Of a stretch of 64,000 bases of DNA, positions 25,886-38,189 are shown piece by piece. Both the position numbers and the translations under genes were made by a program. This stretch comes from Eledone cirrhosa. Lineage: Eukaryota. Where the stretch lies: the NCBI GenBank assembly GCA_964016885.1, contig OZ024763.1, forward strand, positions 17,794,001 through 17,858,000, in the 5' to 3' direction. The notes beneath the pieces are model-generated. The model was not told the DNA's origin, made no database searches, and worked only from the letters and a program-made list of their open reading frames with translations. The number at the start of each line of letters is the position of its first letter. The stretch's first letter is position 1.

Positions 25886-26203
25886 CCCATTTGTCACCAA
25901 CCCAGCCAAAACCAGTTCTGGTTCTATGAAATAAAATCACCCATTTTAAAAGTTTTTAATTTAAATTAAAATCTTGCAACATAATTTCATATAAGAACCT
26001 TACTTTAACCTTTAGCGCATTAGTAATTTTTTAGGAGTTGTTTCCCTTGACACTGCATTATCTATTAAGAGGAGATTACTCTTATGGTGCCCTATGTTGC
26101 CGACAGCATGTTGAAGATAAAATAATTTTAGTAAATCCTTCAAAATTCTTCATTAATTAATTGAAACGGAGTGTATTTCATCAGAAATACAGTCATGAAA
26201 GGA
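25886..26203. mobile_element. Second TTAA-flanked piggyBac-like MITE abutting M1
   Basis: TTAA|CCCATTTGTCACC...GTCATGAAAGGA|TTAA; shares the TTAA at 25882-25885 with M1. Confidence 0.45.
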
Positions 26204-26600
26204 TTAAGAGTCGTTTACCTAATTTTTCTCAACTATTATTTATAGTGATCAACACTTATTGCACTTATTTTCTGCATTTGGGACTCTCGTATTTTCAAAT
26301 TTTAAATATTTTTCAGTGCTATGATAATTCATGAGGGTTTTATCATTTCTTATTGTTTCAATGATCACCACTTCCCCCACCCCTCCCTGGATTTAGAATT
26401 GCAAAGGGACACCCACACTAGTTCCCCTAACTCAGAGGTTCTCAAACTTTTGGGGGCCACCGCTCCCCTCCCCCCTCACGGCCATGTAATACCCTCAAGT
26501 TCCTCCACCCCTATTTCCAGAGAGACCTGCCTTCACACAAATTGTGTATAATATATAATAAATAAAATTGTTAATTGATATATAATAAATAATTTATACC

Positions 26601-27976
26601 ATGTATAAATAAATATTTGTATGTATAACTATAATATATATATATGTATAAATAAATATTTGTATGTATAACTATAATATATATATGTATAAATAAATAT
26701 TTGTATGTATAACTATAATATATATATGTATAAATAAATATTTGTATGTATAACTATAATATATATATGTGTAAATAAATATTTGTATGTATAACTATAA
26801 TATATATATGTATAAATAAATATTTGTATGTATAACTATAATATATATATATGTATAAATAAATATTTGTATGTATAACTATAATATATATATGTATAAA
26901 TAAATATTTGTATGTATAACTATAATATATATATGTATAAATAAATATTTGTATGTATAACTATAATATATATATATGTATAAATAAATATTTGTATGTA
27001 TAACTATAATATATATATGTATAAATAAATATTTGTATGTATAACTATAATATATATATGTATAAATAAATATTTGTATGTATAACTATAATATATATAT
27101 GTATAAATAAATATTTGTATGTATAACTATAATATATATATGTATAAATAAATATTTGTATGTATAACTATAATATATATATGTATAAATAAATATTTGT
27201 ATGTATAACTATAATATATATATGTATAAATAAATATGTGTATGTATAACTATAATATATACTATGTATAAATAAATATTTGTATGTATAACTATAATAT
27301 ATATATGTATAAATAAATATTTGTATGTATAACTATAATATATATATGTATAAATAAATATTTGTATGTATAACTATAATATATATATGTATAAATAAAT
27401 ATTTGTATGTATAACTATAATATAGATATGTATAAATAAATATTTGTATGTATAACTATAATATATATATGTATAAATAAATATTTGTATGTATAACTAT
27501 AATATATATATGTATAAATAAATATTTGTATGTATAACTATAATATATATATGTATAAATAAATATTTGTATGTATAACTATAATATATATATGTATAAA
27601 TAAATATTTGTATGTATAACTATAATATATATATGTATAAATAAATATTTGTATGTATAACTATAATATATATATGTATAAATAAATATTTGTATGTATA
27701 ACTATAATATATATATGTATAAATAAATATTTGTATGTATAACTATAATATATATATGTATAAATAAATATTTGTATGTATAACTATAATATATATATGT
27801 ATAAATAAATATTTGTATGTATAACTATAATATATATATGTATAAATAAATATTTGTATGTATAACTATAATATATATATGTATAAATAAATATTTGTAT
27901 GTATAACTATAATATATATATATGTATAAATAAATATTTGTATGTATAACTATAATATATATATGTATAAATAAAT
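26601..27976. repeat. 41-bp AT-rich minisatellite, ~33 copies
   Basis: Unit ATGTATAAATAAATATTTGTATGTATAACTATAATATATAT. Confidence 0.95.
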
Positions 27977-28008
27977 ATATATTTTTTTATTATACTATAT
28001 TTATATAT

Positions 28009-28192
28009 AATTGTTTCTGATTTTGGCACAAGGCCAGCAATTATCCCAATACATTACTGGTACTTTATTTTATCGACCCCGTAAGGATGAAAGGCAAAGC
28101 TAACCTCGGCGGGATTTGAACTCAGATCATAAAGGGGCATAACTCTATGCTGTAAAGCAAAGCGTCTGACTCTCTACCAATACTACCAACCC
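28009..28192 (-). mobile_element. SINE S2
   Basis: Matches 1213-1397. Confidence 0.85.
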
Positions 28193-28607
28193 ATATCATT
28201 TGATATTTAATATACAATTATATCATCTCTACCGACAACCCCCCCCAGCGCACCCCAGGACCTTCTCGTTACCCCTCGTGGAGCGGTAGCGACCACTTTG
28301 AGAACTTCTGCTTTTTGGGGGGGAGGGGGCTTTTTTATTTTTAGTTTTTTTTTATTTTATTTCATTTCATTTTAGTTGATTTTATATTTATTTTTTGTAT
28401 GTTGTTCCATTGTATATTATTTAAATTTTCAGCCAGGAAAGTTAACAGATTCCAGTAATATTTTAATATTTTTATTATCGTTCCCACTCCTAGTCCTAAA
28501 GTTCTTACAGTGTTTTCTTTTTATTTTAATTTTTATCTTTATCTTTTTGTTTTTGTTTTTGTTGAAATTGTTTTCAAAATTTTTTTTTTCATATCATGAA
28601 TGGGTTA

Positions 28608-28645
<38 letters not shown>

Positions 28646-29044
28646 TATATGTATATATAATAAAATGTGGAGAGGAAGCACACAAATTAGGATATATATA
28701 TATATAGTAATAATAATAGATTTGAAGACTAAAATCCAAAGAGGGCTCGATAAGGATAAATATATATCAAATATATAAGAACCGTAGAGCAAATATTTAT
28801 TAAAATAACAGATTAAAGTTTAAGCTAAGAATCGCTGCTTTCCACCTTAACGGGATCTTCTGAAACTAATATATATATCAAGCTGTCTGCCGGCGAAACA
28901 ATTGTAACACACAATAAATTGAGTCCAGATGCATCACTGATTTTTCATTTTGTATTATATCACACTCTGCTCTGTAAGAACATAGAGTGCTCAACTGGCA
29001 TACCGCCTATGGAAGCATCATAGCTACCATCAAACACGCATATA

Positions 29045-29385
29045 TCATCATCATCATCATCATTTCATTTTACATCCGCTTTTTCCCTGCTTGCAAGGGT
29101 GGGACGGGAACTGATTCTGGCTTGATTTCTACAGCTGGATGCCCTTCCTAACACCAACCTCATTTACAGTGAGTGCTGGGTGCTTTTTTTGCCGTGGCAC
29201 CTCCACGACCACTTTGCAGTGGAATGATAGGGAACCCAGTCCCTATCATCTCATTTCTACAGCTGAGTAAACTGGAGCAATGTGAAATAAAGTGTCTTGC
29301 TCAAGGAAACAACACATCATCCGGTCTGAGATTTGAACTCACAACCTTTTGATTGCAAGGCCAATGCTCTAACCACTAAGCCATG
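29045..29385 (-). mobile_element. SINE S1
   Basis: Reverse complement of 796-1126. Confidence 0.9.
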
Positions 29386-29669
29386 GCTACCGTCTAGTTT
29401 TATTGCCCTGCACTTTTTTAAAACAGCTGTCGTTCCTCTCTAGTCTGCGTATATCCTCTGCACACAATGCCCAGGTCTCACTGCCATGTAACATTGCTGT
29501 TCGTATGCAGGCATCATACAGCCTGCCTTTCATTTTTAGAGAGAACCCTTTAGCGGCTAATAGTGGTATAAGCTCTCTGAATTTTTTCCATCCAGTTCTG
29601 ACTCTAGCTACTGTACTTTCAGAGCACCCTTCCCCACTGCTGATTTTGTCACCCAGGTAACGGAAGCTG
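29386..29669 (-). mobile_element. Internally deleted RTE family C fragment
   Basis: [20 protein letters not shown]..; matches 7690-7930. Confidence 0.9.
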
Positions 29670-29680
29670 TTGCTAGAATT

Positions 29681-30034
29681 GTGAAATCTACTGACGCATG
29701 CTCCCTCAGAGACTGCCCGATACGCCATGCGAACTGTTGCCTACGCACATACGTCATGTATAAGATAGAATGTGACAGGTGCAACCAATACTACATAGGT
29801 AGCACAATCCGACCTTTGCACATCCGGATCAAGGAACACACTAAAACCAGGGCCTCGTCTTTCCGGAAACACATAGACAAATGCGGAAACAAAGACGGAA
29901 GGCCCATTGTCACAATTCTAGCGACTGAAAGAAACGTCGGCACATTACGTATCAAGGAAGCGCTTTTTATCAAACGCCTGCAACCGCAAATAAACAACCG
30001 ATCAGAGAGAAGCGAAATGGGATGGCTGGTTTAA
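29681..30034 (+). pseudogene. Penelope-like element GIY-YIG endonuclease domain (5'-truncated ORF end)
   Basis: VMYKIECDRCNQYYIGSTIRPLHIRIKEH...LRIKEALFIKRLQPQIN: GIY-YIG signature with the CxxC between the motifs typical of PLEs. Confidence 0.85.
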
Positions 30035-30752
30035 GCTAACAAACGATGCAGCAACACACGCACACACACACACACAAAGGAGACAACTACACACACACAC
30101 GCACACACACACAGTAGCATTCCACCATACGAACATACTACACTGCCAATACAGAGGAACAAGGCAACAACACACGCACACACACACTCAAGCGAGACAA
30201 CAACACACGCACACACACACACAGTAACATTTAACAAACAGGCAGAGAATGGACTGACAGCTAGCGCCATCCCACTCCCTCATTCGGCCGCTGACCTCTG
30301 CCTGACCGACCCCATTTCACGCGCACGCGCGCTCTGCCGAATACCTCAGATATTCAAGACAACAATCAGCGGAGGACGCGTTTTGCACCTGTCCGACAGA
30401 CAACCTTTCCCCCACCCCGGAAAAACCCCCAGTTGATGGATGTGAATCCAAAATATATAGGGACTATTAAATCTCTCCCGAGGTAACTCTCTCTCGTGTT
30501 GTTATTTTATTTTATCCTTTACGCTCTATCCTTCATTCCTCTACACGTCTTATACACGCCACGCATCTCAACGTACACCCACTTACATCTCTATCTCCAC
30601 CACCGGATCTTGTTACCCGGAGATTTACTCATTTGCATTGTCGAGGCTTCCAAACGACTTAAAGATATTTACTTATTGTTCCACAATGCTTCAAGCAAAC
30701 TTCAATACTCTCATATATATATATATATATATATATGTGTGTCTATATATAC

Positions 30753-30790
<38 letters not shown>

Positions 30791-30829
30791 GATATTAATA
30801 AATGGAAACTATATTTATAAAACCATATT

Positions 30830-30894
30830 TATTTCATTATATATATTTCAAGGATACCAAGTTAAATTATGGTATGCCTTCATCAGACAAAATA
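30830..30894 (-). ncRNA. Type I hammerhead ribozyme motif
   Basis: UAUUUUGU-CUGAUGA-AGGCAUACCA..UGGUAUCCUU-GAAA-UAUAUA-UA-AUGAAAUA. Confidence 0.7.
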
Positions 30895-30904
30895 CAATAT
30901 ATTG

Positions 30905-30969
30905 TATTTTGTCTGATGAAGGCATACCATAATTTAATTTGGTATCCCTGAAATATGTATAATGAAATA
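30905..30969 (+). ncRNA. Type I hammerhead ribozyme motif
   Basis: UAUUUUGU-CUGAUGA-AGGCAUACCA..UGGUAUCCCU-GAAA-UAUGUA-UA-AUGAAAUA; 8-bp stem I with wobbles. Confidence 0.7.
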
Positions 30970-31099
30970 AATATGGTTTTATAAATATAGTTTCCATTTA
31001 TTAATATCGTATATCTACTCCAAATACTTGTCGAGTGCTTTATATCAGTTATAAACATATTTACTTGTTGTATCCCAACAATTTAAATAGAAATTTTGC

Positions 31100-31122
31100 A
31101 TATATATATATATATGTATATA

Positions 31123-31169
<47 letters not shown>

Positions 31170-31170
31170 G

Positions 31171-31241
<71 letters not shown>

Positions 31242-31258
31242 ATATATATGTATATATA

Positions 31259-31289
<31 letters not shown>

Positions 31290-31330
31290 GTATATGTATA
31301 TATATATGTATATATATGTATATATATATG

Positions 31331-31361
<31 letters not shown>

Positions 31362-31362
31362 G

Positions 31363-31417
<55 letters not shown>

Positions 31418-31430
31418 GTATATATATATG

Positions 31431-31468
<38 letters not shown>

Positions 31469-31506
31469 CATATATATATGTATATATATATATACATATA
31501 TATATG

Positions 31507-31538
<32 letters not shown>

Positions 31539-31550
31539 CACATATATATG

Positions 31551-31582
<32 letters not shown>

Positions 31583-31634
31583 CATATATATATGTATATA
31601 TATATATGTATATATATATACATATATATATATG

Positions 31635-31668
<34 letters not shown>

Positions 31669-31669
31669 C

Positions 31670-31717
<48 letters not shown>

Positions 31718-31803
31718 GTATATATATATATGTATATATATATATACATATATATATACATATATATATACATATATATATATATATGTATATATATACA
31801 TAC

Positions 31804-31849
<46 letters not shown>

Positions 31850-31940
31850 ACATATATATATATATATACATATATATACATATATATATATATACATATA
31901 TATATATACATATATATACATATATATACATATATATATG

Positions 31941-31971
<31 letters not shown>

Positions 31972-32035
31972 GTATATATATGTATATATATATATGTATA
32001 TATATGTATATATATGTATATATATATATATATGT

Positions 32036-32113
<78 letters not shown>

Positions 32114-32167
32114 GTATATATATATGTATATATATATGTATATATATATATGTATATATATATATAC

Positions 32168-32216
<49 letters not shown>

Positions 32217-32324
32217 CATATATATATATGTATATATATATATACATATATATATACATATATATATATATACATATATATATATGTATATATATATACA
32301 TATATATATATACATATATATATG

Positions 32325-32356
<32 letters not shown>

Positions 32357-32481
32357 CATATATATATATGTGTATATATATATACATATATATATGTATA
32401 TATATATATACATATATATATGTATATATATATATACATATATATATACATATATATATACATATATATATATATACACAC

Positions 32482-32516
<35 letters not shown>

Positions 32517-32566
32517 AACATATATATATATACATATATATATACATATATATATATATACACACA

Positions 32567-32602
<36 letters not shown>

Positions 32603-32606
32603 CACA

Positions 32607-32638
<32 letters not shown>

Positions 32639-32719
32639 CATATATATACATATATATATATATACATACATATATATACATATATATACATATACATACA
32701 TATATACATATATATATAC

Positions 32720-32757
<38 letters not shown>
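31100..32757. repeat. 1.65-kb (TA)n array with TG/CA interruptions
   Basis: Direct observation. Confidence 0.95.
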
Positions 32758-32760
<3 letters not shown>

Positions 32761-32967
32761 ATACACTGGTTGGCATAGAAAACTATAAATGTTTGAATGA
32801 ATATATTGTTGTTGTTTGATGTAATTATTGACTATAACTGCCATATGATTGTAAAATTTAAATAATTAATCAAAATAATTAGCAGTGTAGTGTAATGTAA
32901 TATCGTTAGTTAACGACAGTTAGAGCCTACACCACTACGACACATATATCACAACTACTAACATCAC

Positions 32968-33336
32968 AACTTGAGAGGAGATTGGATGGCACATATACCC
33001 GCCTCTTAATGAGAGTGCAAAACCTATCCTGGAAACGACATCCCACCTTGTCTGAAATCTATGGCAAACTCCCTCGAGCCTCTGCCCTTCTAAAATCCCG
33101 GAGAGCTCAATTTGCTGGCCACTGTCACCGTGCCAGCAATGAAATCATATCCGCTCTCTTGCTCTGGAACCCTGACTCCAGCCTGACTAGGAGTAGGAAG
33201 CTGTCATTCCCTGACGTTATCTCTAGGGATACGGGAATCAGTAGACAGGACCTGGGGGCGGTGATGGGGGAGAGGGGATTCTGGGGTATGAGAGTGAGAT
33301 CCATCATCTCGACAGTAGTCGACGAATGATGATGAT
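32968..33336 (+). mobile_element. RTE-like LINE 3' fragment (family D)
   Basis: LDGTYTRLLMRVQNLSW..FAGHCHR..LLLW..; stop followed directly by (GAT)n. Confidence 0.8.
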
Positions 33337-33379
33337 GTGATATATATATATGTGTGTGTGTGTGTATATATATATATAC

Positions 33380-33617
33380 AGAGGAGACTGAGGTTGGCTG
33401 GACATGCTCACCGACATCCAGAGTTGACATTGCACTCAGTGCTCCTGTGGGAGCCCCTACATGGACACACTAGAAGAGGAAGACAAAGGTTAACGTATGT
33501 TGATGCCCTAAGGACAGACACTGGTCTGTTGGAGATGCAGGACATGGCAGCGATAATGAGGGACAGAGACCGCTGGAGAGAACTCGTCCATGGATCTCGG
33601 GAATTTTACCTACCCTA

Positions 33618-33618
<1 letters not shown>
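33380..33618 (+). mobile_element. RTE-like LINE 3' fragment (family D-related)
   Basis: QRRLRLAGHAHRH..VLLWEP..RRGRQRLTYVD..DRDRWRE. Confidence 0.75.
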
Positions 33619-33705
<87 letters not shown>

Positions 33706-33918
33706 TGTATACACACACACACACACTAGCCAGTTAAAGAGTGTGTAACCACACGCACACAGAAATACACACAAACGCGCATATGCACACACACTCATAC
33801 ACACCCTGATATATATATACACTACCACACACTACCCCGCACACAGTAAATACTATATATATATATGTATATATATATAGCCATGCATATATATATACAT
33901 ACATGTGTATATATATAT

Positions 33919-36900
33919 ATCATTATCATCACCGTTTTACGTCCGTTCTTCCACGCTAGCATGGGTTAGACGGGTTGTCCTGTTGTGGGCAGTGTCTGGT
34001 CGGCTGACCATGCCTTGCTCATACAGGAACTGATCTGGCTTGATTTCTACAGCTGGATGCCCTTCCTAACACCAACCTCATTTACAGTGAGTGCTGGGTG
34101 CTTTTTCGTGGCGCCTACACGTCCACTTTACAGTGTGGGCTGGGTGCTTTTTTTGCCGTGGCACCTCCACGACCACCTTGCGGTGGGGGGGGGGGGGGGG
34201 CATATTGTTTATATGCTTCAGTATGTACCCATGGGAGGTCGGGTACCCTGTATTACTGCGTGACGCCAGAAGTCACGGTCGTGTGTCATTGACTTTGAGA
34301 GGTGTAGTTGGGTAAGGTCGGCTTTTATCACCTCATCCCAAGTCATCTTGGGTCTCCCCACTCCGCGGTTTCCATCAACTTCTAGTGCTCTGTACCTTTT
34401 TATGCAGCTGTCATCCTTCATACGCATCACATGTCCATACCAGCGTAACCGCCTCTCCTGCACGCAGCATTTGATTCCTCTTATGCTCAGTCTCTCTCTC
34501 AATTCATTTATGCTTTGTCGTTCACGTATATTACTGTTACACATCCATCGGAGCATGCAGGCTTCGTTTCTCTCTAATCTACGTAAGTCTTCCACCTTCA
34601 GCGCCCAGGTCTCACTACCATGCAACATCGCTGTTCGGATACACGCATCATACAGTCTGCCTTTCATTCTGAGGGAGAAGCCTTTTGCAGCTAGCAGTGG
34701 TAGTAGTTCCCTAAACTTCTTCCATCCCGTTCTTACCCTAGTTATTGTACTTTCTGAGCACCCACCTCCGTTGCTAATTCGGTCACCTAGGTAGCAGAAG
34801 CTGTCTACTGTTTCTACAGGGCCCTCCCAGAGATTGGTGGTACTTGTTTCCTGTGGCTGTTTGCTTGCTGTTTCAGCACAGCTGCTGCATGTGAATCCTA
34901 CATTCTTAATTAAGCTTCCTGAGATCCCGCTACATCTCTTGTGTACCCATTGTTTGCATTTGGGGCAGAGAATGGAGTTCCTACCTACACCTTTCCTACA
35001 TACTGAGCAAGGCCATTTCCCTGAGGGGATCTGGGTTCTGTTTTCTCGTCTACTTATAAGGACCTTAGTCTTTGTCATGTTGACTTTGAGGCCCTTTCTC
35101 TCTAGTCCCTGCTTCCAGGTTTGGAATTTATTCTCTAGTTCTACCATAGATTCAGCTATGAGTGCGAGGTCATCAGCATACAGGAGTTCCCATGGGCATC
35201 CGGTCTTAAACTCCTCCGTTATTGCCTGCAGGACTATGATGAACAGGAGAGGGCTAAGAACAGAGCCCTGGTGGACCCCAACCTGTACGCTAAATTCCTC
35301 GCTATACTCATTGCCAATCCTAACTTTGCTGACTGCTCCCCTATACATGGCTTGTACCGCTTTCACAAGCCATTCATCTACTCCTAGTTTTCTAAGAGCC
35401 CACCAGATTACTGCACGTGGAACTCTGTCAAAGGCTTTCTCAAGGTCGACAAATGCCAAGTAGAGTGGCTTACTTTTAGCTAGGTACTTTTCCTGTAATT
35501 GCCTCACAAGGAAGAGGGCATCAGTGGTGCCTTTCCCTGGTACAAACCCAAATTGCATCTCGTCTATATTCACCCGGTCCCTAATCAGCTGTGCTATAAC
35601 TCTTTCTGTTACTTTCATGACCTGGTCCATCAACTTTATACCTCTATAGTTTCCTCTATCTAGTGCATCGCCTTTACCTTTGTAGCAGTTGACAATGATG
35701 CTACTGCACCAATCTTTTGGTATGGCCCCCTCTAGTATTACCTGGTTAACGATACGTGTGGTTATAGTGTGACCTACAGACCCAGATGCCTTCAGCATCT
35801 CGGCAGCTATACCCGATGGACCGGTTGCCTTCCCTATCTTCATATCTCTGATTGCCTTACTTACTACGCTGCCGCTGACTTGTACTGCTGGTCCCTCTAT
35901 AGGGTCTACGTGGGGTAGGGTCTCTTCTTCCCATGCATTCTCCTCATTTAGTAATCTATCATAATGACTCTTCCATGCATCTTTCTTCTCAGCACTTGTG
36001 AGGGCAAGCTCACCTTTATCATTCCGGATACACTTCTCTCCAATGACATCACAACTATCTCTGACACACTGCCTCGCAATCTTGAATACCTCCTGTTTCT
36101 GGTCCTCACGTTGTAAAACATGCTTGAATTTTCTATCCTCTGCTTCCCTCCTAGCTAAGTATACTTGTCGCCTAGCTTCCCTCTTGGTCTCTATGTAATG
36201 TACCCTGCTCCCCCCGTTCTTCCATTCTTTCCATGCCTGTCTCTTGGCCTTGACTGCTTCATCTACCTTATTGTTCCACCACCAAGTCACTCTCCTCCTG
36301 CTTGAGGTCTTACTCCAGCCACAAACCTCATCCGTCGCCTCTAGTAAGTTATTTTTTAGGAACTCCCAGTTCTCTTCTACGTTAAATGTCTCTATCTGTC
36401 CTTCTTTACTGTCGTAGGCGTTGAGTAAAATATCTTTAAATCTGTTACTGGTTGAGGGGACTTTCAGCTTCCAGATCTTTCTTCTCCAGGTTGGCCTCTG
36501 TTTCAGGGCCCGTCTAGTTCTGACCGTGAGGTCGCTGACAACTAAGCTATGTTGGGATGTACATTCCTCACTAGGGAAGGCTTTTGTGTTTACGACCGTC
36601 CATCTGTCACGTCCTCTGATGAGGATAAAATCTAACTGACTAGAGTGCTCCCCTGATCTATAGGTGATCAGGTGGTTGTCGGGTTTTTTAAAGTTTGTGT
36701 TACATATCGACATGTCATTGGCGTCGCAGAATTCTAGAAGTCTGAATCCTTCCTCATTCCTTGTGCCAACTCCATGGCCTCCATGTACTCTATTGAAGCC
36801 GTCGCAGTGTTTACCTACGTGTCCGTTAAAATCTCCTGCAATGATTAGGAAGTCCTTGTCGTCTGTTAGAGCAGTAGTGTGTATTAGGGACTCGTAAAAC

Positions 36901-38145
36901 CTATCCTTAAGTTCGTCTGGCAGCCCCGATTGGGGTGCGTAAGCTGATATTATTGTGGTAATTGTCTTATTCAGGACTAGTCTGAGTTTAATGATTCTTG
37001 CATTTACCCTGTACACTGAGATTACTTTATCTACCCACTTGTCAGCTAATAGTATACCTACACCACCCATCCCATCGTCATTTCCCACCCAGAAAAATTT
37101 GTAGCACTGGCTTTTTCCTACAAGGACTCTAGCAGACCCTCCTCTCCATCTAGTCTCTTGCACATAGCATACATCAACTTCCTTTCGCTCTAGCATTTCT
37201 ACGATTTCTCCTGCTCTTGCTTTCATTGAGCCTACATTGATGGTACCAACTCGGAGTTTTGGGCATTTGTCGACACTCGTAGGGGAGGGTCTCTGGGTTG
37301 GCGCTTCACGTGGGTGCTTGGTAGCTCGCAGATTCATATTTCATCTATTGATTCAGAGTTGCTCGTGTATTCCCAGCTCATCCATCCATAACGGTGGGAA
37401 AATTGAGGGCTAGAAGAACAGTGGTGGTGGGGTAATGGCAGGGTGTGTTGGGATGCGCCAGAGGAGGAGAGAGTTAGTTAGGCAGGTAGTAGCAGCAGCA
37501 GTGGAAATGACATGCTAGGTTTGATTGGTCGAATAGACTATGGTGGTGTGTGGGGGTGGGGGGGGAGGGAAATTGTGAGGTAGGAACTGAGGGTCGCATG
37601 GTAAATATCCAAGTTAATACTACATCAGTAAAATTAACAATAATAACGTCATGAAAAACTACTAAGAGAAACCCTCGAAAATTTATCGCTAATACAGCAG
37701 GGAACATCATAATATTAACGACAATATGTAGGCTAAAATACCTTCGTAGATTAGATGGATGGCTGGAAAAATTGGAATCAGCTCTAGTGATACATTTTAG
37801 CAGAGAAGAATGGGAAAGTGTCTTATCTCTTCAATATTTTCAGATTGAATGAATTAGGTTAAAGACAGGGTAGTAGCCTTAAAGAAGTGCATAGAGAGGG
37901 GGGGTAGGAACTGAGGGTCGCATGGTAAATAACTGAGAGAGATACAATAGGATTAGAATACCGCATGGTAAATATCCAAGTTAATAAGTTAATACTACAT
38001 CAGTAAAATTAACAATAATAACGTCATGAAAAACTACTAAGAGAAACCCTCGAAAATTTATCGCTAATACAGCAGGGAAAATTTAACGCTAATACAGCAG
38101 GGAACATCATAATATTAACGACAATATGTAGGCTAAAATACCTTC

Positions 38146-38147
<2 letters not shown>
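33919..38147 (-). mobile_element. Apparently full-length RTE-clade LINE (family A)
   Basis: Intact ORF, ~300-nt 3'UTR with (GAT)n-like tail, putative 5'UTR with internal duplications (~37576-37748 and ~37902-38147); (TA)n on both sides; 5' boundary uncertain. Confidence 0.9.
34218..37337 (-). CDS. RTE LINE polyprotein: APE endonuclease + reverse transcriptase with an inserted PHD-like Zn finger (1039 aa)
   Basis: APE motifs NVGSM, VQETRW, SAYAPQ, GDFNGH, LDFILI, QH; RT motifs YRGI, QFGF, FVDLEKAFDRV, QGSVLSPLLF, YADD, YLG; no stops. Confidence 0.95.
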   Translation of the reverse strand: MNLRATKHPREAPTQRPSPTSVDKCPKLRVGTINVGSMKARAGEIVEMLERKEVDVCYVQETRWRGGSARVLVGKSQCYKFFWVGNDDGMGGVGILLADKWVDKVISVYRVNARIIKLRLVLNKTITTIISAYAPQSGLPDELKDRFYESLIHTTALTDDKDFLIIAGDFNGHVGKHCDGFNRVHGGHGVGTRNEEGFRLLEFCDANDMSICNTNFKKPDNHLITYRSGEHSSQLDFILIRGRDRWTVVNTKAFPSEECTSQHSLVVSDLTVRTRRALKQRPTWRRKIWKLKVPSTSNRFKDILLNAYDSKEGQIETFNVEENWEFLKNNLLEATDEVCGWSKTSSRRRVTWWWNNKVDEAVKAKRQAWKEWKNGGSRVHYIETKREARRQVYLARREAEDRKFKHVLQREDQKQEVFKIARQCVRDSCDVIGEKCIRNDKGELALTSAEKKDAWKSHYDRLLNEENAWEEETLPHVDPIEGPAVQVSGSVVSKAIRDMKIGKATGPSGIAAEMLKASGSVGHTITTRIVNQVILEGAIPKDWCSSIIVNCYKGKGDALDRGNYRGIKLMDQVMKVTERVIAQLIRDRVNIDEMQFGFVPGKGTTDALFLVRQLQEKYLAKSKPLYLAFVDLEKAFDRVPRAVIWWALRKLGVDEWLVKAVQAMYRGAVSKVRIGNEYSEEFSVQVGVHQGSVLSPLLFIIVLQAITEEFKTGCPWELLYADDLALIAESMVELENKFQTWKQGLERKGLKVNMTKTKVLISRRENRTQIPSGKWPCSVCRKGVGRNSILCPKCKQWVHKRCSGISGSLIKNVGFTCSSCAETASKQPQETSTTNLWEGPVETVDSFCYLGDRISNGGGCSESTITRVRTGWKKFRELLPLLAAKGFSLRMKGRLYDACIRTAMLHGSETWALKVEDLRRLERNEACMLRWMCNSNIRERQSINELRERLSIRGIKCCVQERRLRWYGHVMRMKDDSCIKRYRALEVDGNRGVGRPKMTWDEVIKADLTQLHLSKSMTHDRDFWRHAVIQGTRPPMGTY

Positions 38148-38187
<40 letters not shown>

Positions 38188-38189
<2 letters not shown>

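Larger units (their letters stand above)
26433..28310. mobile_element. hAT-like MITE enclosing a satellite and a SINE
   Basis: TIRs CAGAGGTTCTCAAAC / CTTTGAGAACTTCTG; sub-terminal ACCGCTCC / GGAGCGGT; no clear 8-bp TSD. Confidence 0.55.
30785..31014. repeat. Spacer-less 230-bp palindrome (3 mismatches)
   Basis: Axis between 30899 and 30900; arms checked base by base. Confidence 0.95.

Noticed and set aside
31035-32844. Long ORFs (470-600 aa) rich in Y/I/M/C/H, and all similar ORFs in (TA)n, (CA)n and (GT)n tracts
   Set aside because: Stop-free translations of dinucleotide repeats, open in several frames on both strands.
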